From NCBI GenBank assembly GCA_046563655.1, contig CM102289.1:8184001-8248000 (forward strand): 64,000 nt of DNA. Direction: 5' to 3'. Position 1 is the first letter of the stretch. Each line of letters opens with the position of its first letter. The notes beneath the pieces are model-generated. The model was not told the DNA's origin. It saw only the letters and a list, made by a program, of their open reading frames with translations, and searched no databases. Source of the stretch: Yuukianura sp. NJ FZ-2021. Its lineage: Eukaryota. This document shows, piece by piece, positions 1-12,000 of this stretch. Made by a program: the position numbers and the translations under genes.

Positions 1-3
1 CAG

Positions 4-3000
4 GCTTTTGGAAATGCGAAAACAGCCCACAACAACAACTCCAGTCGCTTTGGAAAGTTTATCCAAGTTAGTTATCGTGAAAATGGAATGGTTCATGGGT
101 AAGTGACTTTTTCATCAATTCCGTTTTATTGAATTATTTTCCGCTTCATGAAATTTTGGTAAAGGAGAAGATGAATTAAAATTCAATTGTGTTTCAAGTA
201 TTTGAAGTTTGGCTTTTGATTGAAAAAGAGAAATTTTTAAATTTTCTACTTTTTTGGTTTCACTCAGATGCTTAGAGCGAAGCTGATTAACTTTTACTGT
301 GCTTCCTGATTGATGAATTGTTTTTTAAAATTAATTTGACGAAAGAAATTTTTACTAAAAGCAAAAAAGTGCCCACAGCTATGAAGTTTTTTCAGTTTAA
401 AAAAAAAGGATTTTTTGCGTTGTGCTTTTGAACCTGAGCATTAGTTGGGGAAGACGGGGATGCCCTTGGCTGGTTCCCAACTTCTTTTTTTTTAAGTGTG
501 TGAAGATGTGCAATTTTCTTTTATTGTTTTCTTTCCTTTGCCCTAATATTTTTCCTGTGGTGAGGTCAACTTAAAATCTGTGACGACTAACTCCGATTTG
601 ATCCGCACTGTGAAAAGTATGATAAAAAAAATGAGGTTGTTTTCACTTTGAAAAACAAAATGCAGTTTGGAGGATAATGCATTTTTAACAATGGGGGTGA
701 CTCGTTGCAAATTGCACACTGTGGTTCCGAATTGATTGAGGAAATATTAATTAACCGAACCTACCATACTATGGATTTATATAAGTTCTTTGTTTTTATA
801 TGAAATTGTAATTGGCTTGTTTTGTTTTTGGTGTAACTTGTAGAGCTATCGTCCAGAAGTACCTGTTGGAGAAGTCACGTATTTGTTGCCAAGCAAAGAA
901 TGAGCGGAACTATCATGTGTTCTACTATTTGCTGGCAGGAGCAAACGAGTCTGAAAGGAATTCCTTGGCACTCCTCCCTCCCAGCAGTTACCATTACCTC
1001 AATCAGGTCAGTCAACTAACCTAAACCATTGCATTGTTCGTCAATAAGGCAAATTTTAGGCTGCGCCGACTCTGTTGGTGTATATGAGTTGCCACGAGTT
1101 GGAAGTGTCAAGTTAGTAACATACTTTGCCAGTTGGCAGTGGGGGGAAGGTGGTACAAGGAACAGATCGCCTGGTAAATGTGCCACCATTGACGAAAAAG
1201 TGAATTTTCATGAATGGAGAGGTATGTGGTACAGATGAAATCAAAAATGACAATTGAGTTGTGGTGACGTTTTGTAAAGTTGATGCATGATGCAGCGGAT
1301 ACATACATTAGGATTGGTTCATTTTCATTCATTGTCAGTCAACCAAAACACAAGTAGACAACGAGTTAAGTTGGAAATGGAAGCACAAGGGGACATACAT
1401 GACTTTGTTGTCAAATTAATTGTGATGTCAATGACCATCGGAGGAGATGAGGGTGTGGTCCAGGGATGCTTGCGGCTGCTCATCTTCGTCCAAAATGAAA
1501 GTGAAGTGGAATGGCACTTGACTCCTTGTCAAATTCCTTTATCTGCAGTTGTACAGTGTTGTCTACACTAAATAGATAAAAGACACAAACAAAATCAAAT
1601 AATTTTGTGTTTGTTTGCTTTTTGTTTCCCCCCATATTTCACAACTCTTGTGAGGTAATGGGGAAATCGATTAAATAAAGATCGAGAATTATTTTTTTTT
1701 TATGTTTTTGTTTAATTGGTTTATTTGATTTGGTAGCAATTTCCCCCCATATTCATACGATTTTTTTCAAAGAAATGTCATCCCCATAAGAATTTAGTGG
1801 TGTCTACTTTTTAGGTGAACTACACTGTACATGCGATGTTTACTTCCCTGTTTATTTGGTATTGTTAAAGTGGATAATTAAATGAATTGTTTTGAAATTG
1901 GGCTTGGCCTTAGCCTGTTAACACTTTCTAAGGTGCTGAGGAAGAAGTTTCCTTGAGATGAGAATGTAAGTGTGTATTTATGTGTGTAAACGCACTTTCC
2001 ACTTTGATGATGGGTGACTTTTGACCTTTGGATAAGATCAAATTAAATGATGTAAAATAGGGAGGTTGGGTGAGGCGGGCTGCTCTGTTCACTTTCTGTT
2101 TTGAGGTTTCTCGTTTTTAATTGACGTGTAAACATTTGCACAATTTAAGTTTAAGTGGCTTTAGTAAGTTGAAAGACTTGCTGGTTGAGGTCAGCGGGGT
2201 GCAGGGGAGAGGCGGAAAAGTGGATTTGCGTGAAGCAGGAATTTCGAAAAGTAATTTTAAATTAGAAGAACAATAAAATAAATTAATTAAATTCCAATTA
2301 AAAAATTAGGTGGACAGTTAAGAGAGTTTGAATTTGCAAATTAAAGAGAAAGGCATTTGTGATTTTGCAAAAAGTATGGAAGCGTGAAAGGGCGAAAACA
2401 AGAAAATTTCACTAGTGTTTCATTTTTTTTTAGAGAAATGTTTGTGACTTTTTTGGTGACCTGGATAAATTAGTGAGGCTTCGAAGATTGTTTTTTGGAA
2501 ACAAAGTTTTAATTGGAATTTTGAGAAAATTGTTTGAAAAGGAGAAAGTTTTGAGGAAAATATAGTGAGGTGAGTCTGGAATGACATTTAGAAAATGGAG
2601 TTTACAAAGGCAAGTCGTCTGCTGGAGTAGTTAGATGTTGTTACTAAGGAAATTTTTTGAAAAGGGGATTGGATCTGTCGTTGAGTTTAGTTAGTAGTTT
2701 TTGTGCTGTTGCTGGAGAATGGGAAAGTGGAGCAGGGAATTGAGGCTTGGGAAATTGAAAAGGAAATTGACATTGGAGTCTGTTGTATGGTTTTGGTTTC
2801 CTTTTGATCTTTCTAATTCATTACGTCATCTCCCAATCCTTTCTCTCTTCCGAACTTGTGAAACGAACGTACAAGGAAGCAAGGTCAACATTTTTAGTTG
2901 TATTCAAACGGAGTTCAGTGTTAAGGGCTAGGCAAAGTCACAATAGTGACAATATAATTATGGGTTATGTTAGGACTTTTGAGTAGGCTGATGATAGTGG

Positions 3001-6000
3001 TTTTTTGACTGTGGGCGTTGTAGCTATTGGGAAATCGGGAATGATCGGGGCGGTGCTCTCAAACACTTATTGAATGGCAAGTTAAGTTTTGCCTTTTAAA
3101 ATTGAACCTACGATTTATTTGGATTGATCTCCGGACTTTATTTGGACTTGAGAAGTGAAGGAAGACGCCACCCAAAGGTCTAAGGTCATTTCACCCTTAA
3201 CTTAACGTTCCTGAACAAAATACAAAAATATCATTAGGTTTTGTTCAGAAACTTCAAGTCGAGAAGAAAGAAAAAATTTAGAAATTTAGTCGATAATAAT
3301 TAAAAACGAAACGGCGATAGAAATTTCTGCATTTTTGAGTTTTTTAAAATACGCAAGTTTTTTGGACTTTTCATCGAGTGCTAAATGGTTAAGCGTAGAC
3401 TGAGAAAATGAAAACGGAATTTAGGAGCAGGTTTACTATGATTTTTTTAAACGTAAATCCTGGTGGTTGATTTGTGACAAAGTACGTCTGAAATGTTCAA
3501 ATTCTGGTGAGTATGATGGTAAATACTGGATGCTGTGTTTTTTTAGTCATAATTGAAATTCAGTCCTATCCTAATCCCTAAGTACAGAGGAAAGGGAACA
3601 GGCTTAAAAAGTACTTAAAATCCAGAAAGTTTTTTAAAAGAGGCTCATCTCAAGATGCGTTGTGCCCATTTTATTGATGCAGTCTCGAGTAGGAGGAAGA
3701 AGATGAACTAGTAGGTTAAGGTTAGGTGGGTTAGGGACAGTAAATGGCTCAAAAGCTATTATTTCCACCGGGGAGTTACGGTTTAGAACATAATGGAATG
3801 GTAAAAACTGCTTTCCGTGGTTCTTTTGTGATGATAAAGGGAGATCATGTGGAAGATTTAAGGTCTTAAGTCGAGGACAGTCCTATGGTCATGGTCATGA
3901 CCATAATCAACGAGGCAAAGTAGTAGTAAACTCGATTTTTGGAATGTTGGAGGCTTCATTTTGTACTAAAGGTCATCTTTACCGCAGTCACGAAGCTTCT
4001 GGACACACAAAAGAGGCGTGGATCTCGTCATCTGTCTAATTTTGTTTGAATTTTCTAAACAAGTTTGTAGTTTTTAGGAAATGAATTGGGTTTTGGTGCT
4101 TGTTGAGGTAAAAAGCTTGCAACTAGACGGAACTCGTATTTTTAATTTGAATTAGATTGAGCGAGAAATATTAAATTGAAATTGACCCCAGAAAAGAAAG
4201 TTAACTTTCTGATTTGGACTTTTACAAAAATTTTGACAAAATGAAGAAGTTTTAATGGATTTTGATTTTTGAATATTTCAGAGTGGGTGCTACACACTGG
4301 AAGGAGTTGACGAAAGTTATGAGTTTTCGCGCCTCAAGCAGTCAATGGAGATGGTTGGATTTGGAGCCGATAAGCAACGGAAGCTGTTCAGCGTCTTGTC
4401 AGCCGTACTTCTACTTGGTGAGATTTCATTTCAAGATATGCTGTCTGTCGACATGCATATGTCGAGAGTAATTTTGAAAAAAAAACGATTTCCAAAATGC
4501 ATTTTTAAGAGCAAAGAACATTTTCTGCATCAGTTGTGCTCAAACGATGCAACTGTAAATGTTAAAGGTTTAAGAGAGAGGGGAAAAATTGGCAAAGCTT
4601 TGGTGAGATTTTTGACGACTTTTTCAGAGATTTGTTCAGGAATTTTAAAACTCCTGTCCTGTTCATGCCGCCAGCAAAGCTAGATTTTCTCTTTCTGATT
4701 TTTTTTGAGGGAGAAAAGTATTTTTGGGCTGGAAAGCAGGCAGGAAGAAAATTGGAAAATCAAAATGTCAAATGTCTCTTCGTCAGGATGCATTGGGGCT
4801 GAAAAGGATTTCAATGTTCCATGTTACCTTTGTTGTGCTATGCTCGTTGTTCCATTTCCTATGCCTTCCAAGTATTTCAGTACTTTTTAGTGTTTAGGAT
4901 GTTGAGATATAGCAGTATTCAGGGCAAAATTCACCGTGAAGTATGAAAAAGCTTTATTTGCTTTGCTCTAGTAAAGTCGCCTCTGCTGTCGCTGCTCTAC
5001 TTTTTCTCTTTTTGATGTTCCTGGTACTAACGTAAGCAAATCCGTGAGAAATAGAAAGGAAAAGAGGGCTGGAAGTGAACTTTGACACAAAAGCGACGTT
5101 GACATTCATTATAGTTGTGAAAAAGCGTGGAAAGGATAAGTATAGGCTTTGGATTTGTCGCCCGACCTTCAAGTAATTGAGTCATGACGTCATTTAGTAG
5201 TTGACGACAAGACTAAACTTGCGGGGTATTAGCCTTTTCAGAAGATTTTTTCATTGCTAAGCTATTTTTAGTAATTTTGGGCTCTAGAAAGATGCTAAAA
5301 GAAGAATAGAAATTTTGTAGAACATGCCGATTTGAAAAGACGCGGGTTTTAAATTGGAACGAGACGGATTAAGTGAAGCGATGAAGAGGGATGGGAAATT
5401 AAAGGCAGAATGAGCTGAGCTAGCGTCTTCTTTTTCGTATTTTTGAATGTCAAAGTGTAAAAATAAAACGAGAATTCTTTTTTGGGGACGGAGAATTTTT
5501 GTCTTCGAAAGTTCAAAAAGTTGTGACGCAAGTTTTCAAAAAATTTAGGGTTTTTGGAAATGTTAAACGTCAGCGTTACAGACTTTTTGGAAGGAGGAGA
5601 GGCTGAAGTTTTGTGTTTGATTTTAATTGACTTGGAGTAGAATTTGAGTTTTCGGGGTGTAAAACTAGTTTTGGAGCGGAAATTTGGTCTTCTGCTGGTT
5701 TGAAATTTTGGAAAGTTATTTTGTGGAAAGCAGGAGAGATTTTTGTGAAATTTTAAAGCTGTCACCTACAGTCGGGCTCAGCTTGAGCGTTTTAATACAA
5801 GGGATGACACATGTGATGAATTGGATTGATAATTCGTTAGTTGTTTTGGTTATAAAACTTACTGGTGGAGGAGTGTCGTGGAATGAAAGCTTAAAGTCAA
5901 AAGTTGTGCAGAAATGAAAACAGTTGGATTGGCAAACTGTCAAAGTGGAGCTAAGAGAGAAAACATGAGTTGTGAAGAGTTTTAGGACTTAAACTTACGG

Positions 6001-9000
6001 TTCGAACAAGATGTAAAGTGCCTCACTTACACTTTCAACTACTAAAAGCTTCTCAGAATCTCCAATCCCAAGAAAAGGGCTCCGTCTTTTTCAAATGGAA
6101 ATACGACGTGAAACGTCAAAAGTGTTTTACAAAAAATACGAAACGTCCAACGTCAAATACTAAAATCTGCTCGGTAAATAGATTTCTTGTGAATTTACTC
6201 AAAATTGTATTCTAAACTCAAAATCGATGAAGTTTTGAGCATTTTGAGAAAGAAAAAATTCACAATTTATTTTCGTGCGAAAAAAAAATCATGCGCGTCA
6301 AAACTCTCAGTGTGACTCAGGCTTAAGATAAAGGTCAGAGAAAGTGAAGTTTTTTTTTGGTAGCGAAAGGACATAGGCTGACGGCATGAGAAAATTTTGA
6401 AAATAAACTTTTTTGATGAAATTTTGTGGAAGTTGTGAAAATTTCATGGTTCGACAACTATAACTAATGTTGGAGTTGGTGGTTTTGGGGTTTAATTTTA
6501 GAAATTGAAAGTTATTTTAGAAATTGAAGCCTATTTTTGGAAGTGAGTGACACATTTGTTGGAAAAAGTTGTGCTATTTGGAGGCGGATGATTTTTTATT
6601 TAAACTTTCGAGGTGGTTCCGTTTTTACCATCATAACGTCACTGTTTTTTGTCTTTCATGGTTGAAAAGTGTTTGAGAACCTATAAGTAGCGTGAACGGC
6701 ATCACATGAAACGAAGATGGATGATGATGACATGATTCCTCAAGCTCTTGCTCTAAATTCCTTTTTTACGAGGATTGATGGTGCCAAGTTTTGTTTTCGA
6801 AACCAATTATTTTTTCGAATTTTAAAAGTCCAACTTTTTAGTACTTGTTCCTGGAAAGTTTGAAGTATTTTGAAAGTCGTTCAAAAAGTTTAAGTAGAGC
6901 GAAGCCTAAATACTTATGGGAGTGAGGCTAAATATTGAAGAATTAGGAAAACTTTTGCGAAGAATTTTGTGTTTTTTTGGTAACCTAAATTGTGTTGTGT
7001 TTTGTTACTTTTCAGGAAACGTGGAGTTTTTACCGAAAAAGTCTTCGTACCACCACGATGAGTCAGTCCTTGTTAAAAATCCTGAAGTGGTTCGTCAAAT
7101 TTCTTCACTGTTGAAAGTAACAGAAGAGACACTTACGGCAGCTCTTACGTCCAAGAGAGCTCGTGTGTCAGGAGAAATGCTAGTCATTCACTACCGTATG
7201 CCTGAGGTAAGTTTTTAAGAGTAAAATATAATAATGTTATGTAAATGAATCTAACTTGAGCAGCAAATGCCAGGAAATACAGTTGGTTATAATTAGACGT
7301 AACTGTAAATTCGGGTAACCGTAAGAGCAGAAAAGTGATTGACGCACCTTTGTTTTCAGTTTTGATTAAAACAAATGACTCAAACTTTTTTTGCTCTGGT
7401 TTTTTGAAATGTTTTAGGCGTCTTTATACTACCTGACGGCCCTGATTCACATTTGCTTTATAGACTTTTTGGTAGGGTAGAGCAGGGTACAAAATTTCTG
7501 GTTTTGGTTTAAATGATTTTTACTTTGAAAATGAAACTGAAACGAGGTAATTTTGTACCCCGTGTTTCCGATCTCATTTTTTCTGGATTTGGTGTAGTTC
7601 GTACAATGGAATTTCGAATTTGTAATTGCAATTATAAAAAAAGGCTTGTCATTTTTTCAATTTATGTTTACCACCCTAGGCGCGGATAAATGATTCTGCT
7701 GTCTGCTAGCGTTCACTAGCAATTTGTAATTGCTACTCATGATTAAAGTCACATCGTCAGGACGAGCGTCCATCTTTTCTGTAGTACTTAGCCTTGTCCA
7801 TGATTTGATCCAAGAAATTCATCATGATGCTGACAAGCTTACAAATAAATGAAACAAGGCAAAGAGCTAAGCCCGTTTTGGTATCCAACCGCTGCTGGAG
7901 AATTTTCTAATAATAGAACATATGAATCCTATTGTCATTTGTAACAAAAAAGTACTTTGAAACCCACACTTTGTTTTCTGGTCAAACAAATATCATGGGA
8001 AGAGTTGAATTTATTCCACACGCGTCTTTTGTTTCGTTGTTGAAATTTCTATTTTTGAAATGCGAGTGTCAAGTGTCTAGTCAGTCAGTCATCAATTGAC
8101 GCTGACATCGGCATGTGCAATACATACATCTCAAGATGGAAATTGAGAAAGTGCTAAATTAAATTTGTGTTTGAAATTTGAATTGTCCAAGCTATCCAAT
8201 TGCAGTGAGTAATTAACTTGTAAGGGAGTAAAATTATTGTAAAGTTATTGTTTGTTTAAAGTTTACATTATAGTCAAGTCCAAACCTGGAATTAAGTGGG
8301 TAGTTAATTGTAGGAGAGTGGAACAATGGAAATTGTTCTTCCTGTATAATGCTATTTAATTATTGAAGGTAGTGAACTACTTTGAAAAAGCGTTTGTTGA
8401 GTGCGAAAATGTTTTACTTTAGTTTGAAGTTTTAGGAAAGCAAGGAGTGTCATGAAGTAGTTAGAGTGAAGCTTATTTTGACAAGATGACAAGTCAGAGA
8501 CAGAAGTTTGACAGAATGAGTGCAGGAAGGAGAGCGTTTAGAGTCAAATTAAGTTGAATCTTTTAAATCTTTTTAGTAAACTACAGTAGAACCTCTCGTT
8601 TCGCAACATGTAGCTCCGCCTCCCCTAACGTTAGATATTGTGAAATTGAAATTTCCAGAGGGATTTTAAGTGTAAACAAAGCAAAACAAAGTTTGGGTGA
8701 TTCAAAATGTGTTAGAATTTAGAGGTTTACGGTAATCGTGAAAACTCATCTACAAATCTGCGTGTTGCGCAATGAGAGGTTTTACTGTAGTAGTAAATTA
8801 AAGTTTCCAAGTAGTTTGGTATAAATCTCGTTTAAAAAGTTGGAATTGAATTCTAAATTATGTTTTTTGTTTGGTTTTGTATAGGCGAGAGCTTCAGCAA
8901 TGTCGATGGCAAAGTGTTTATACGGAGCCCTCTTTGATTGGATTGTTCTTCAAGTGAACCATGCTCTTCTGAGTAAGAAGGATCCCACAGGGACAGAAGC

Positions 9001-12000
9001 CACTGGAAAATCAATAGGAGTTCTAGACATCTTTGGCTTTGAAGATTTTGGAAATTGCAACAGGTGAGTACTTGTGGAGAATAGTGGATGCTGCTGGTCA
9101 GGGTTGGCAAAATGACGTCTTTTTCACGAAAATGACGTCAAAAACGTTTAAAACGTTAAAAACGCGTCAAAAACGTCAGAAACGTCAGAAACCTTTCCTC
9201 CAAAAATTGAAATCTTTAATTCTAAATTGCCGGTTAACCTACATTGTAAACCTGCTAACTATTAGATTATAACGTATAACCGCTCTGGGTGTTCAGCATG
9301 TAAGAATGGCGTATTCGTAGCGTAAAAATAACGAGCCAGTTGTTTGTCAATCCTTTTCTTATACTCAGTCGAAGTAAGTGTCAGGGATGTGTCTCTCGAA
9401 AGTTTGATTTTCTGCTGTGAGCCAGACCCTGATCTTCCATGTGGTTGATTAAGTCCTAATTAATACAATCAATATTTAAATTTTGATTGAATTTCGAACT
9501 GAGTTTTAAGGTTTTAATAACATTCATTTTATTAGTGACTATGACCTGCTTAGGTTTTACCTACCTGAATTCGGCATCTGCACCGGATCGGTTAACGTCT
9601 TATGTGTACTGAAATGTGCTTTCATCCGTGCTGGCACGCCAGCATGTCTCCACTTGCAAATTCGACATTTAACAATTGGGGTACTCTGGCTGCTGGATTT
9701 GGTTCTAGATCAAATTGTTCCCAGATTGGGTCTTTTCCCCGGGGCATAACGATAAAGTAATTACTACACAATTTACGATTGACGGAAAAGTCAAAAAAAC
9801 AAAAGGAGAATTAAAACTATCCACGACAAAGTAACGACTTCTTTTGTTTGTTGTGAATTCCGCTTTCAAACCATCGAACGCCACGGGTTTTACTTAAAAA
9901 TTTGAGCGCGAATGCAAGGTTTTATAAAAAATGAATTTGACAAAAAAGACGTTTCTGACAAGGGGTCTTGTCATAAACGTTTTTGACAGACGTTTTTGAC
10001 CGACGTCATTGTCATTTTGCCAACCCTGCTGCTGGTCCAGCATCTCCAAAAGCCTCTTTGATTTTCATCATCTCGTCCCGCTGGGATGAGAGGCTTTTCT
10101 TTCCTCTGGCTTCCTATTGACTCATGCCCTGTTCCTGGAAGGACCACATTTCCAGGGATCCCATGATGAAAATTGTTATGTAATTTGGGAGTCCAAGATG
10201 GGATGGCTTCTGCACGGAATAAGGTCTAATATGTGTTGCGTTTTGTTCTTGGTTTTCAGTTTTGAGCAGTACTGTATAAATTATGCTAACGAACATCTTC
10301 AAAACTACTTCAACCAACACGTCTTCAAGTACGAGCAGGAAGAGTACAAGAAGGAGGGTATCAAATGGACAAATGTAATTCACAATTTAATATTTAGCTT
10401 AAAGTATTGCGGTTAGAGTAAGATTGTCTGCTACGCTTGTTTCGGAGTCTGCGTTTTAGGTTTTTGTAAAGATAAAGTTGAGTTATTGTGTTAGGGGGCG
10501 CACTCATCGCCGGAATGGCGGATAGAAAGTGACGAAAATCAGAAATGGACCACATACGTTTACTCTAACAGATTTTTCCTTATAAAAAACTGAAGTGAAT
10601 GAATAGAAAACCTTAGTATTATCATAATTCGTCACAGTACCAATTTGATTTTGATTTTATGAGACTTAACGCACCCCGTGGTGTCACTTTCACTAAGGTC
10701 ATACGAATCGGTTTAAACAATGCTTTAACATAACATAACGTACGACCTCAACGTAATTGTTTTACAGCATTGATTTACAAAAGAGCGTGGATTTTTATTT
10801 ATTCATTTGCTTTGCACAACCTTGATTCTTCTAAAACTGTGTTAATGGAGTGAAAATTATTTGGTTAAGCGAATGCTATTTTTTAGTAGTGTTGTTCCTA
10901 ATCAAAGCATTAATTTCGTAATGTAAGTTAACATTGCATTTTAGTTACAATTAGTTGTTAATCAAAATTTGTCTTAATTTTTATTTTTTAGGTTGGCTAC
11001 ATGGACAATACAGCATGCCTGAGTCTTATTGAAATTAAACCTAATGGTCTCAACTGTATATTGGATGATCAGTGCAAGTAAGTCAAGACAAATTATTATG
11101 TTTCTAACTTTCATAATTTTTTGATTTATGAAATACTGCAAACGATTGAAAAACTTAATTTTAATGCAACCTAATTTAAACAAAGGAGGTAAGAGACGCT
11201 ATCCGTTTTGATTTTTGGTTGAAGAAAGTATGAGCGTCTTTTGGTGAAAATGGGGTGATGAGGAGAGAGTTAAAATGAAGGAACTATGTATTGTCAACAG
11301 CGAAAGTTCATGTTTCTCGTTTCTGAAATTTCAAAGACATTGTTTTGAAAGCTCGTTTCGAATTTTGATAACTTTGAAGTGAGACGCCGCTGCTAGTATA
11401 GAAACTGGATTTTTTTTTAAAGAAAGTTGACTTATTGATTCTTTAGAGGGAGAAAGATGGATGGAAAGGAAAAGAAGGTTAGTAAATATGGTAAAGACGC
11501 AGAAAGTGAAAAGCTGCTGCTCTTGAGTTTTGAGATTTAGAAAAAAGAGAAAGCGGAGTAGATTTTGATTTTGAGAAAAGCGTGACGATATGCTTTGTTT
11601 TTCTTTGTTTCAGTTTTCCTGGGGCGACGAATGAGACGCTTTTGCAGAAGTTCAATTCAGTTCATAAAGAGCATGAATTTTATGAAGTTCCACAGAGGAG
11701 AGAGCCTGCTTTTATAATTCGACACTATGCGGGCAAAGTCAAGTACCAAGTAAGTACTTATAGTGGTTTTACTGTGTTCCGTTACTAACTGACGAGAAGT
11801 TTAACGACCAGCGGATAATTTACAATGACGGGCTGTTCTGTTTCGATGGAAGTACTGGAATGAAATGAGGTTGTAGAACTGTTAAACACGAAATTATTTT
11901 CGCTCATTGATTTTAACGGGTGCTTTCACTGTTTCACTCAAGTGTGAAACCTATAGTAGTCTCAAAGTTATCTAACTTCTAGAATTACTAAAACTGAGAA

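Noticed and set aside
5349..5943. Several 75-138 aa ORFs in a myosin intron
   Set aside because: K/F/N-rich products of AT-rich DNA with non-ATG starts and no domain signal.
7473..7570. 12-bp inverted repeat gggtacaaaatt / aattttgtaccc, possible tiny MITE
   Set aside because: Outer ends are degenerate and there is no clear TSD; insufficient support.
9033..9272. ORF with [17 protein letters not shown] repeats
   Set aside because: Translation of the hAT subterminal repeats.
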